Positions 10,816-19,838 of a stretch of DNA of 56,262 nt are shown piece by piece. Both the position numbers and the translations under genes were made by a program. Source of the stretch: Desulfobacterales bacterium (GTDB lineage: Bacteria; Desulfobacterota; Desulfobacteria; Desulfobacterales; JAHEIW01). The stretch is from NCBI GenBank assembly GCA_050124655.1, contig JASFEV010000001.1, positions 1-56,262 on the forward strand. Reading direction: 5' to 3'. Position 1 is the stretch's first letter, and each line of letters starts with the position of its first letter. The notes under the pieces are model-generated. The model was not told the DNA's origin and searched no databases. It worked only from the letters and a program-made list of their open reading frames with translations.

Positions 10816-12176
10816 AAAAGCTATTACTCATAAACCCGGTCGGTCGCCGAAGCGGCTTGCTGCTCAGCCGATTTTCCACCTTTTCTCCGTTGGGACTGGC
10901 CTATGTTGCTGCCGTTACACCCCCAAATTGGGAAGTGAGGATCGCCGACGAAAACTTCGATACCTTCCAGTTTGAAGAGGCCGATTTGGTGGGAATCACG
11001 GCTTTTACCAGCAACATCACCCGCGCGTATGAAATTGCGCGTCAGTATCGCAAACGCAAAATAAAAGTCGTTATCGGCGGCATCCATGCATCCATGATGC
11101 CGGATGAAGCCCAGCAATTTGCAGACAGTGTTGTCGTTGGTGAAGTCGAAGATATCTGGCACAAGCTGTTGGCAGATTTCGAAAGCAACTGCCTAAAGCC
11201 CTTATATATCGGTCCCCGGATCGAATATGGGCGCAGCAAAATATTGCCCCGGCGGGATTTGCTTCATCCGAATTACTTCTGGCATTCAATTCAAACATCA
11301 CGCGGCTGCCCGTTTAATTGCCATTTTTGCTCGGTTTCCCGCTACCTGGGCAATAAATTCCGTCAACGCAGCGCCCAAAATGTTTTGGCCGAATTGGCCG
11401 ACATAAAGGGCCAATTTTTGGCATTTTTAGATGATAACCTGATCGGTTACAGTCCGGAAAGCAAGGCCCGCACCCTGGAATTGTTTAACGGTATGATTAA
11501 AGGCGGGCTCAATCAGAAATGGTGGATGCAAACCTCTATCAATGCCGCCGATGATGAACACATCATTGAGGCGGCGGCTCAGGCCGGCTGTATTTTTGCG
11601 TTTATCGGCTTTGAGACCATCAGCAAGGCATCCCTGCGGGATATGAAAAAAGGAATCAATATTAAGATCGGGGTGCAAAATTACCAAAAGGTCGTCGATG
11701 TGTTTCACAAATATGGCATTGCTGTTTATGGGGCCTTTATCATTGGCAATGACCATGAATCGCCGGCTTATTATAAGCAACTCGCCCGCTTTTTGGTCCG
11801 ATCCGGTATTGACATTATCCAAATTACCTTGCTGACCCCCCTTCCGGGAACGGAATTGATGCAACATTTGCTAAAAGAAGGCCGCATCATTCATAGCGAC
11901 TACCCGCAAGATTGGGATAAATACCGCTTTTCGTACATGGTCCACCAGCCGCAGGATGTGCAGCCGCACACTATCTATATCGGCAACAATTATATCAAGA
12001 AAAACATCTATTCTTTTCCCAACTACCCCTTTCGCTTAGTGCGGTCGCTGTTTAGCCTGAAAAACAAGACCAATTTTTACGCGACCTATAAATTCAACAA
12101 GGCTCTGAAAAAAGGCTGGAAAAATTCGCACTACTATAAGGAATATCCATCCGACCTGGATGCCAACCCGTATTAA
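10812..12176 (+). CDS. B12-binding domain-containing (class B) radical SAM protein
   Basis: N-terminal Rossmann-like B12 domain (LVGITAFTSN...VVIGGIHAS) and radical SAM cluster motif RGCPFNCHFCSV. The TTG start overlaps the upstream stop (10813-10815). Confidence 0.85.
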   Translation: MKKLLLINPVGRRSGLLLSRFSTFSPLGLAYVAAVTPPNWEVRIADENFDTFQFEEADLVGITAFTSNITRAYEIARQYRKRKIKVVIGGIHASMMPDEAQQFADSVVVGEVEDIWHKLLADFESNCLKPLYIGPRIEYGRSKILPRRDLLHPNYFWHSIQTSRGCPFNCHFCSVSRYLGNKFRQRSAQNVLAELADIKGQFLAFLDDNLIGYSPESKARTLELFNGMIKGGLNQKWWMQTSINAADDEHIIEAAAQAGCIFAFIGFETISKASLRDMKKGINIKIGVQNYQKVVDVFHKYGIAVYGAFIIGNDHESPAYYKQLARFLVRSGIDIIQITLLTPLPGTELMQHLLKEGRIIHSDYPQDWDKYRFSYMVHQPQDVQPHTIYIGNNYIKKNIYSFPNYPFRLVRSLFSLKNKTNFYATYKFNKALKKGWKNSHYYKEYPSDLDANPY

Positions 12177-12184
12177 ATGGCGCT

Positions 12185-13315
12185 TTATTTCATCAGCGCA
12201 ACCACATCAAACTTGCCATCCTCCCAAATGAATCGCTTGGTTTTATCCGGCCGACAGCGTTCAAAGGCGATCACAACCGTCTTTTCAAGCCAGTCTAAAA
12301 AACGGGCGGTTGCCTGACGCGACAAAACACACTTCAGCCAGGTGACCGCTCCGCCCAAACGGGTGATGCGCTGCCGCTTATCAAAAGCCGACAGGCCCGC
12401 TTTTTGGGCAGCACGCCAATAATAGGCATAGGTGGTTATGATCAGTAGCATGGCCGCCCCCCGGGCCCGTGAAATAGCAGCGGTTGGCATGGTGTTAAAA
12501 AATTGGGGAAACTCACGGAACCGACGCAGGGCGCGTAAAACCAGCTCACGGCGCACTTCCCGGATGCGGTGCTTAAGAGGGGCACCTTCCAGGCCCTGCA
12601 GCTGAGGATGATAATAAATACCGCGCTCGACATCTTTTTCCAAGTCACGCGTAATGTTGGCCAGTTGGATGACTTCTCCAACGGCAGCACACAGACGTAA
12701 GCGCGCATCGCTGATTTGCGGAGATAGTCCTCGATCCAGCCGTTGCATTTCATCTGCAAAAAGGATCGGTGTGCCGAGCACATGCCAGCAGTAGCGCGAA
12801 AGTTGCCCCGGTGTTTGTAAAACACCGTCTTGATCATTAAAAACGCGACTGGCCCATATCATGCCTTCACCCATGCGCCGCACAAGCCGGCAAATGGCCG
12901 CCTGCTGTGAAGGCTCCAGTCGATTAAAATGAGCATCAATAAAAGCGGCGCGGTTGACCAACAGCACGTGGGTACTTTCCCGTGGATCAGCGGTGAGGTC
13001 CGGGTCAAGCGATGGGGCCGGCTTTAAATTGGCAGGATCATCGAATCGATCGATAAAGCGTTTTAAGGTCGATTGTTTTTGCAGCAACGTGGGCAAAAGA
13101 TCTTCGTAAGTATCCAACATGCGGCAGTACAGGTACGCAAGCGCCAGGGCGCGCCGCATGCGCGGCGGCAGAAATACAATCACAAAGGAAAATGTGCGCG
13201 CCGCATGCGGCAGAATTTGCCACAAAAACCGCTTGGGATCATTAATTCCGCGCAGTTTGGCCAGGGGGGGCCTTCTACGGTTGGCCAATAAATTAACAAA
13301 AATGGGACCCAGCAA
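12185..13315 (-). CDS. Squalene synthase-type (SQS/farnesyl-diphosphate farnesyltransferase-like) squalene/phytoene synthase family protein
   Basis: ARTFSFVIVFLPPRMRRALALAYLYCRMLDTYED matches the SQS pattern SRSF..VI..L...R.A...YL..R.LDT.ED. The second Asp-rich region is QLANITRDLEKDVERG. Confidence 0.8.
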   Translation of the reverse strand: MLGPIFVNLLANRRRPPLAKLRGINDPKRFLWQILPHAARTFSFVIVFLPPRMRRALALAYLYCRMLDTYEDLLPTLLQKQSTLKRFIDRFDDPANLKPAPSLDPDLTADPRESTHVLLVNRAAFIDAHFNRLEPSQQAAICRLVRRMGEGMIWASRVFNDQDGVLQTPGQLSRYCWHVLGTPILFADEMQRLDRGLSPQISDARLRLCAAVGEVIQLANITRDLEKDVERGIYYHPQLQGLEGAPLKHRIREVRRELVLRALRRFREFPQFFNTMPTAAISRARGAAMLLIITTYAYYWRAAQKAGLSAFDKRQRITRLGGAVTWLKCVLSRQATARFLDWLEKTVVIAFERCRPDKTKRFIWEDGKFDVVALMK

Positions 13316-13340
13316 ATTTGACCTCTTTGGCAGATTAAAT

Positions 13341-13385
13341 CGAATAAAAACAAAAGGCCCAAACGCTTTCGTCAGTCGGGCCTTT
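13341..13385 (-). terminator. Putative intrinsic terminator downstream of the biotin-carrier gene
   Basis: The minus strand reads AAAGGCCC-(17-nt loop)-GGGCCTTT followed by TGTTTTTATT. Confidence 0.5.
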
Positions 13386-13420
13386 AATCAGATCTTGGGG
13401 GGCAGTTGCTGAAAGGTTTC

Positions 13421-13636
13421 TTATTCGATGACCATCAGCACCTGATTGGTCGCCACCTTGTCGTCTACTTTAACTTTGATTTCTTTAATCTTACCGGCTT
13501 CGGGGCACGGGATGGCATTCTCCATTTTCATGGCTTCGAGGATGATCACCTCTTGATATTCTAATACTTCATCACCCTCATTCACGAGAATATTGATAAT
13601 CGTCCCAGGCATGGGTGCTAAAATTTCAGTTGCCAT
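13421..13636 (-). CDS. Biotin/lipoyl-attachment carrier protein (biotin carboxyl carrier, GcdC/MmdC-like, 71 aa)
   Basis: Biotinylation motif ILEAMKMENAI. This is a single compact biotinyl domain. RBS aaagggagga lies upstream on the minus strand. Confidence 0.85.
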   Translation of the reverse strand: MATEILAPMPGTIINILVNEGDEVLEYQEVIILEAMKMENAIPCPEAGKIKEIKVKVDDKVATNQVLMVIE

Positions 13637-13845
13637 TCCGTCCTCCCTTTATAGGTTTTCATTTTTTCAACAGTTGTTCATCCTCCCCTAAACAGGGAAA
13701 GAGAATTCATCAGAGTCGTTTGATACTTGAAGGTGAGGCGGTTGTCAAGTTCAAATAAAGCACTTCGGGCCTTGACGTCTATACAACGTTGGTATATGGA
13801 ACAGCTGACAAAAATTTGGAAATATGACTAAGATGGAGGAGGTAT

Positions 13846-15579
13846 ATGAGACCCTATTTTGAAAAAATGACAGAATTTGGACAAGAACTTAAACCCGGGC
13901 AGATTAAAAGCACCGAGGCCAGTGTTAAGCAAATACAGGAAGTCGAAGCCCAGGTGGCTGAAGCCATAGAAAAGGTCAAAAATGCCGGCATGCCGGCCGA
14001 AAAGATCAACGCACGCGGCCAATTGACGGTCTGGCAGCGCCTGGAGTATCTGGTGGATCCTGGCACCTGGAATCCCCTGCACACCCTGTACAACCCTCAG
14101 GACAATACCGAAGGCACCACCAATGTGATCGACGGTCTGGCCAAAATTTCAGGTAAATGGGCAGTTGTCATCGGCTTTGACAACAAAGTTTATGCCGGGG
14201 CCTGGCTGCCCGGCCAGGCTGAAAACGTCTTCCGTTGCACCGACCTGGCCAAACGCTTGAACATCCCCCTCGTCTGGCTGGTCAACTGCAGTGGCGTCAA
14301 ACTCACCGAGCAGGAAAAATTTTACGCCGATCGCCGGGGCTCCGGCACGACCTTTTTTCGACATGCCGAACTCAATCAGGCCGCGGTACCGATTCTGGCC
14401 GCTATTTACGGCACCAACCCGGCCGGCGGCGGCTATCAAGGCATCAGCCCCACCATCCTGTTTGCCCACAAAGACTGTAACATCGCGGTGGGCGGCGGCG
14501 GTATTTTAAGCGGCATGTCACCCAAGGGCTACTTTGATCTGGAGGGCGCCGAACAGCTGATTTCAGCCGCCAAGCAATTCAAAGTCGAACCGCCCGGATC
14601 CACCAAAATCCATTACGATGAGACCGGATTTTTCCGCTATGTCTTTGAAACGGAAGAAGCGGTTTTAGACGGTATCAAAGATTATATGAAAGACATGCCG
14701 GCCTATAATCCCAAATTTTTCCGGGTGGCGGAACCCAAGGAACCCCGCTTTCCCCAGGAAGATCTCTATCACCTGGTTCCCTTCAACCAGAAAGCCATGT
14801 ATAATTTTGACGAGATCCTAGCGCGCCTGGTCGACGGCAGCGAGCACATGGAGTACCGGCCGGATTATGGCCCCGAGGTCTACACCGGACTGGTCAAAGT
14901 GGACGGCTTTCTCATGGGCGTGATCGGCAACCGCCAGGGATTTTTCGGCGAGGATTATCCTGAATACGCTGATTATCCGGGTATCGGCGGCAAGCTCTAC
15001 CGTCAGGGGTTGATCAAACTGAACGAGTTTGTCACCCACTGTGGCCGGGATCGTGTACCCATTGTCTGGTTTCAGGACACCAGCGGCATCGATGTGGGCG
15101 ATATCGCCGAAAAAGCCGAACTGCTGGGACTGGGGCAGGCGCTGATTTATTCCATCCAGCAAACCGAGGTCCCCATGATGCTGGTGCTGCTCAGAAAAGG
15201 AACCGCTGCCGCCCACTATATCATGGGAGGTCCCACGGCCAACCGCCATAATGCATTTACCCTGGGCACACCCACCACCGAAATCTACGTAATGCACGGC
15301 GAAACCGCGGCAGCAGCCAGTTTCTCCCGCCGGCTGGTCAAGGAAAAAGAAGCCGGACGGCCGCTGGAGCCGATTATCGAAGAAATGAACAAGCTGGTCA
15401 AAGAATATTTCGATTATTCCCGGCCCATTTACTGCGCCCAGCACGGCATGGTGGATGAGGTGGCCAAGATGACGACAATTCGCCAGTATCTGGCGGCCTT
15501 TGCCGGAGCAGCGTATCAAAATCCAAAATCGATCTGTCCGCAGCATCAGATGATGTTGCCCAGAATCATTAAAGGGTAA
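13846..15579 (+). CDS. gcdA: Glutaconyl-CoA decarboxylase alpha subunit / carboxyltransferase
   Basis: Long collinear resemblance to GcdA as I recall it: KINARGQLTVWQRLEYLVDPGTW, NCSGVKL.EQEK.Y..RRG.GT.FFR.AELNQ, IYGTNPAGGGY, GGKLYRQGLIK.NEFVT.C.RDR.PIVW.QDT.GIDVG and AYQNP.SICP.HQM.LPR. RBS ggaggagg. Confidence 0.85.
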   Translation: MRPYFEKMTEFGQELKPGQIKSTEASVKQIQEVEAQVAEAIEKVKNAGMPAEKINARGQLTVWQRLEYLVDPGTWNPLHTLYNPQDNTEGTTNVIDGLAKISGKWAVVIGFDNKVYAGAWLPGQAENVFRCTDLAKRLNIPLVWLVNCSGVKLTEQEKFYADRRGSGTTFFRHAELNQAAVPILAAIYGTNPAGGGYQGISPTILFAHKDCNIAVGGGGILSGMSPKGYFDLEGAEQLISAAKQFKVEPPGSTKIHYDETGFFRYVFETEEAVLDGIKDYMKDMPAYNPKFFRVAEPKEPRFPQEDLYHLVPFNQKAMYNFDEILARLVDGSEHMEYRPDYGPEVYTGLVKVDGFLMGVIGNRQGFFGEDYPEYADYPGIGGKLYRQGLIKLNEFVTHCGRDRVPIVWFQDTSGIDVGDIAEKAELLGLGQALIYSIQQTEVPMMLVLLRKGTAAAHYIMGGPTANRHNAFTLGTPTTEIYVMHGETAAAASFSRRLVKEKEAGRPLEPIIEEMNKLVKEYFDYSRPIYCAQHGMVDEVAKMTTIRQYLAAFAGAAYQNPKSICPQHQMMLPRIIKG

Positions 15580-15621
15580 TCTCGTGGCGTCAGGGACAGA
15601 TTAACGCACCTTTTTGAATCT

Positions 15622-15658
15622 AAAAAATCCCCGGTTAGCATCAGCCGGGGATTTTTTT
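15622..15658 (+). terminator. Intrinsic terminator after gcdA
   Basis: aaaaaatccccgg-(10-nt loop)-ccggggattttttt: a GC-rich stem followed by a T7 run. Confidence 0.75.
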
Positions 15659-15704
15659 AGGGAAAATGTTTTCGTCGGGAAATGTGTTTACACGGCCGCA
15701 ACAT

Positions 15705-15733
15705 TTGACAGTTGGGTAGAAACAGGATAAAGT
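15705..15733 (+). promoter_or_regulatory. Putative sigma70-type promoter for the Sel1/protease gene
   Basis: TTGACA (15705-15710), 17-nt spacer, TAAAGT (15728-15733). A TATAAT also lies a few nt downstream. Confidence 0.35.
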
Positions 15734-15876
15734 AGCTATAATGTAACTACTATATCCGAGATAAAACCGATTGCATCCTCAAAAGCACTTAGCCGAGGTC
15801 ATTAAAACCCTGTGCGCCATTGCTGCACCGCAAATTTTTCGCTTTCGACCAAACCCCGATTAAGGAGATTGATTTT

Positions 15877-17184
15877 ATGAAGTGTATACGTCGCTTTTTC
15901 ATCCTGATCGTCGCTGCAAACTTGATCCTAATGATCGGTTACACTGCCGTAAGGGCCTCTAAAGCATCCTCGGAAGCCGAGCAATTTGATCTCGGTTGGC
16001 AGGCATATGAGGCCGGTCGCTATAAAGAAGCATTAAGGATCTGGCAGACTCTGGCTGAAAACGGATATCAGCAAGCCCAAATCAATCTGGGCGCCTTGTA
16101 TGATAGTGGAAAAGGCGTAAAAGAGGACCCGGCCACTGCTGCAAAATGGTATCAGGCGGCCGCGTTGCGTGGTAATCCATACGCCCAATACAACCTCGGA
16201 ATGATGTATGCCGAAGGGCGGGGTGTTCGCCCGGATCCACAGATGGCTGCGCGCTTGTATCGGAAGGCTGCCGATCAAGGTTTGGCAGACGCCCAATATC
16301 ACCTCGGACTGACTTTAGCAGAAACGACTTCAAAAAAGGCAGATACCGAAGCAAAGATGCAGCACGCTGTAAAATGGATTTATAAAAGCGGTGTATCTTA
16401 CTTGGCGGAATTAGATATTGATCGCGCCCGGGAATCTTTCAAAGCCATCGAGCGCTTAGCTCCAAGCCACCCCCTGGGCACCGAGCTTTTCAATAAAATT
16501 CGTTCATGCTCAGGCGAGTCAAAGTCGCAAGGTTCAACGTCACTACCCGCTAATATGTCGGTAGGTACCGCCTGGCCAATTACATCTGACTATGTGGTAA
16601 CGAATAACCATGTTATTGCCGAGAGCAAAGAGATTACCTTGCTTGATGTATCCGGTTCTGAAATAAAAGCCCAAATCGTTCTTACAGATGAGGTCAGTGA
16701 CATTGCCATTTTAAAAGTGGACAACTCCAACGAACTACCTCCGGCCCTGCCTTTGGCCCGCAGTAATGCCGAACTGGGCGCTCAGGTGTTTACCATCGGT
16801 TTTCCAGGTTCTGAAATGTTGTCCAATTCTCCTAAATTAACCCATGGCCGTATTAGCAGCCTAAAGGGCCTGAATAATGATCCGGCTTTGTATCAAACGA
16901 CGGTTCCGATTCAGGCCGGCAACAGCGGCGGTCCATTGGTGAATATGAAGGGGGAAGTCGTCGGCGTTATCCGCTCAATGCTCGGCCTGATCAATGAAAC
17001 AGACGGTGAATTATATCTGGTGCAAAACGCCAGCTGTGCTTTGAAAATCGAAAACATGAACATGCTTCTTGCCAAATTACCTGCAACCGGCCCGGTTGGA
17101 ACGAGGGCGCCGCTCAACCATGAAAGTAAAGAAGACGTCTACCGGCGGATTCAGGACTCGATGCTAATGGTTATCGCGCGTTAG
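15877..17184 (+). CDS. Exported fusion protein: Sel1-like (TPR) repeats plus a trypsin-like serine protease domain
   Basis: ATG 15877 is preceded by aaggag. N-terminal signal/anchor. Sel1 repeats (GKGVKEDPATAAKWYQAAALRGNPYAQYNLGMMYAEGRGV...). The protease triad context is TNNHVI, DIAILKV and GNSGGPLV. Confidence 0.8.
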   Translation: MKCIRRFFILIVAANLILMIGYTAVRASKASSEAEQFDLGWQAYEAGRYKEALRIWQTLAENGYQQAQINLGALYDSGKGVKEDPATAAKWYQAAALRGNPYAQYNLGMMYAEGRGVRPDPQMAARLYRKAADQGLADAQYHLGLTLAETTSKKADTEAKMQHAVKWIYKSGVSYLAELDIDRARESFKAIERLAPSHPLGTELFNKIRSCSGESKSQGSTSLPANMSVGTAWPITSDYVVTNNHVIAESKEITLLDVSGSEIKAQIVLTDEVSDIAILKVDNSNELPPALPLARSNAELGAQVFTIGFPGSEMLSNSPKLTHGRISSLKGLNNDPALYQTTVPIQAGNSGGPLVNMKGEVVGVIRSMLGLINETDGELYLVQNASCALKIENMNMLLAKLPATGPVGTRAPLNHESKEDVYRRIQDSMLMVIAR

Positions 17185-17489
17185 ACGAAACCAAAAACTT
17201 TCGAAACCCCTGTCTATCAGATGCCCTGTGCAGAGCCTCTGCGCGTCATCGAAAGCACCCAAACCATCTGCTCGCCCTGCCGCAGCTGCCTCCCAAAAAT
17301 CAAATAAATAAATTAACAAATTGGGTTGCATGCGGATGAATGATGATTAAACTACCGAATTATGAGCCTGCCTCTCATTTCCAGGTTCTTCCTATCAATT
17401 ATTTCCTGGCCACACGTAATTGATGCACTTAGACGTGATGGTCGTCCATTTCAATGAAAATTAAAGCGATAATCTAGCGGAGGTGACAT

Positions 17490-18578
17490 ATGAAAAAGGA
17501 CACGCTTTTATTCTACATGGTATGTATAATCGGTGTAAGCTTTCTGCTGGTGGGATTCTCCCACAGCGGGAGCAACCAAAACATGCAAACGGACGTGAAC
17601 AGCGGTCGGTTGGAGAATGCCCTTGCACAGTCTCAGGAGCCGGCTGCCGGTATGGAAAAGTCTTTTTCGGAAGAAACGGCTGCTAAAGCCGCAATGCCGA
17701 CGGGAGACACTTCGTTATTTCCACCCAATGCCAAACCCGGCGAGTGCTGGGCCAGAGCTTTTGTTCCGCCGACCTATCGGACCAATACCGAGACAATTTT
17801 AAGCAAGGGGCCTGCCGAGCGGCTGGAAATCATTCCGGCTGAATTTGAGTGGGTTGAAGAAACGGTTATGGTCAAAGAGGCTTCCGAAGAATTAGAAATC
17901 ATTCCGGCCCAGTATGGCTGGGAAGAGGAAAAGGTGCTGGTTCGGCAGGCATCTTCAAAGCTAGTGGAAGTGCCCGCCAGTTTTGAATGGCAGGAAGAAA
18001 AAATTCTCGTCAAGGAAGCGCATACGGTATGGAAAAAAGGTAGAGGGCCTATCGAAAAGGTCGATAATCTAACCGGTGAAATTATTTGCCTGGTTGAAGT
18101 TCCGGCCTCTTACCGGACCGTCAAAAAGTGGGTCATGACGAGCCCCCCTACCACAAAAACTGTTGAAATTCCTGCCGAATATAAAACCATCAAGAAACGG
18201 GTCATGGTCAAAGCCCCTGAGACGCGCCGCATTACGATTCCGGCGGAATACAAAACCGTCAAGGTTCGCAAGCTGGTTTCCCCAGCCAGAGAACAACGCA
18301 TTAAGATAGATGCAGAATATCAGACGGTAACCCGCACAGAAAAAGTAAGCGACGGCTATATGGCTTGGCGCCGTATCTTTTGCGAAACCAACATGAACGC
18401 AGATGCCATAAAAAGGATCCAATTGGCCCTGCGCGATGCCGGTCATGATCCCGGACCCATTGACGGGGTGATTGGATATGAGACCCGGATGGCGATTGAG
18501 TCCTACCAGCGGGCCAATAACCTTGCTGTAGGAGAGTTGACTTATGAAACCATCGAGAATCTGGGACTCACCCTGTAA
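17490..18578 (+). CDS. Peptidoglycan-binding (PG_binding_1) protein with about 8 tandem 23-aa repeats
   Basis: RBS ggagg. N-terminal signal/anchor. The repeats have the form x[IV]E[IV]PA[EQS][YF]x[TW]... (aa 85-288). C-terminal IKRIQLALRDAGHDPGPIDGVIGYETRMAIESYQ is a PG-binding domain. Confidence 0.8.
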   Translation: MKKDTLLFYMVCIIGVSFLLVGFSHSGSNQNMQTDVNSGRLENALAQSQEPAAGMEKSFSEETAAKAAMPTGDTSLFPPNAKPGECWARAFVPPTYRTNTETILSKGPAERLEIIPAEFEWVEETVMVKEASEELEIIPAQYGWEEEKVLVRQASSKLVEVPASFEWQEEKILVKEAHTVWKKGRGPIEKVDNLTGEIICLVEVPASYRTVKKWVMTSPPTTKTVEIPAEYKTIKKRVMVKAPETRRITIPAEYKTVKVRKLVSPAREQRIKIDAEYQTVTRTEKVSDGYMAWRRIFCETNMNADAIKRIQLALRDAGHDPGPIDGVIGYETRMAIESYQRANNLAVGELTYETIENLGLTL

Positions 18579-18618
18579 TGGCAATATTTGTGTGTAGACG
18601 TTTTTACACGAATGCATT

Positions 18619-18667
18619 AAAACCCTGGAGGAGGCATTTTTTCGGGCTTGCTCCAGGGTTTTTATTT
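18619..18667 (+). terminator. Putative intrinsic terminator
   Basis: aaaaccctggag-(20-nt loop)-ctccagggtttttattt. Confidence 0.5.
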
Positions 18668-18675
18668 GGGTAAAT

Positions 18676-19623
18676 ATGAAATCACGTTCGATGCAATTAT
18701 TTAATATCTTTATATTTATGGTCACTGCGCTGTCCACAATGGTTGCGGTACCGCGACCTGTTTTTGCATCGGCTGACAACATGCCAAACAATCCTTTCAG
18801 GGGTGCCAGCCTATCTACAGCGAAGGTGGCCAATGGCCAGGTTACAGTTCTTGAAGTTGATCTGCGCGAAGAGGATCCGGCCCTAACCGACTTGAAAGCT
18901 CGGTTCAACCAGAGCAGCATCGCCCTTTTCCAGCACCCGGTAAAACCCGCCGGCATCTATTGCGGGCTGATCGGAATCCCGATCGGCATTGCACCGCAAA
19001 AGGCAGCCGTTGAGCTGGAATGGAAGGATTCCAAGGGCCGCCGACAAATCGACAGCGTTTCGTTGCGCATTGTCGAAGGAAATTACAAAAAAGAAATCCT
19101 GCAGGTGGCACCAAAGCACGTAAAGCCAAACTCCAAGGATTTACGACGCATCAAAGCCGAAAAAAAAGAAATCCGACGCATTTATGCCAGCAGCAACGAC
19201 AGACGCCTGTGGTATGGCCAGTTTATCAAGCCGTTGAACAGTGATATCACCAGTGTCTTTGGAACCCAGCGGCTGTTTAACGATGAGCTGCAAAGCTATC
19301 ACCGGGGCACTGATTTCCGTGCCAAGGTGGGCACACCGGTTTTGGCCTCCAATTTCGGAATTGTCCGACTGGCCAAAAATCTGTTTTATTCCGGCAACAT
19401 TGTCATCGTGGATCATGGCAAGGGCATTTTCACCAACTACGCGCATCTGAGTAAAATTGATGTGAAGGCCGGCCAGCGCATTGCCAGAGGTGATCAAATC
19501 GGTCTGAGCGGCGCCACCGGGCGGGTCAGCGGACCCCATCTGCATTGGGGCGTAAAAATTAATGATGCTTATGTGGATCCACTGCAGTTTCTCACCGTTA
19601 TCTCAGAGATCCTTGCCCCATAA
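18676..19623 (+). CDS. M23 family metallopeptidase (exported)
   Basis: Signal peptide, HRGTDF, and the C-terminal GATGRVSGPHLHWGV LytM/M23 motifs. Confidence 0.9.
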   Translation: MKSRSMQLFNIFIFMVTALSTMVAVPRPVFASADNMPNNPFRGASLSTAKVANGQVTVLEVDLREEDPALTDLKARFNQSSIALFQHPVKPAGIYCGLIGIPIGIAPQKAAVELEWKDSKGRRQIDSVSLRIVEGNYKKEILQVAPKHVKPNSKDLRRIKAEKKEIRRIYASSNDRRLWYGQFIKPLNSDITSVFGTQRLFNDELQSYHRGTDFRAKVGTPVLASNFGIVRLAKNLFYSGNIVIVDHGKGIFTNYAHLSKIDVKAGQRIARGDQIGLSGATGRVSGPHLHWGVKINDAYVDPLQFLTVISEILAP

Positions 19624-19838
19624 CCCAGCCAACCGCGGTCGTATCTTTATCCAGCAAAAATTCGACCTCAAACACCCTTTAGCGGTGTCAAAAAGGCAAA
19701 TTTTTCTGCATAGGGTCTTTGGCTGCAAATCCCTTTTTTGGTTAACTATATGAAATTATTATATTAAGCTTTTAAAAGAGGATGTGGAACGGATATTGCT
19801 AAAAATGGATAAAATCACAATAGAATATCTAACGGTAA

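Noticed and set aside
14818-15546. A 242-aa minus-strand ORF inside gcdA.
   Set aside because: It is antisense to a strongly supported carboxyltransferase gene, with Gly/His/Asp-rich shadow composition and no RBS or motif.
18069-18956. A 295-aa ORF on the minus strand.
   Set aside because: It runs antisense across two well-supported + strand genes (the PG-binding protein and M23 peptidase) and their terminator. It has a low-complexity R/G/F-rich composition and no motifs. It is a typical shadow ORF.
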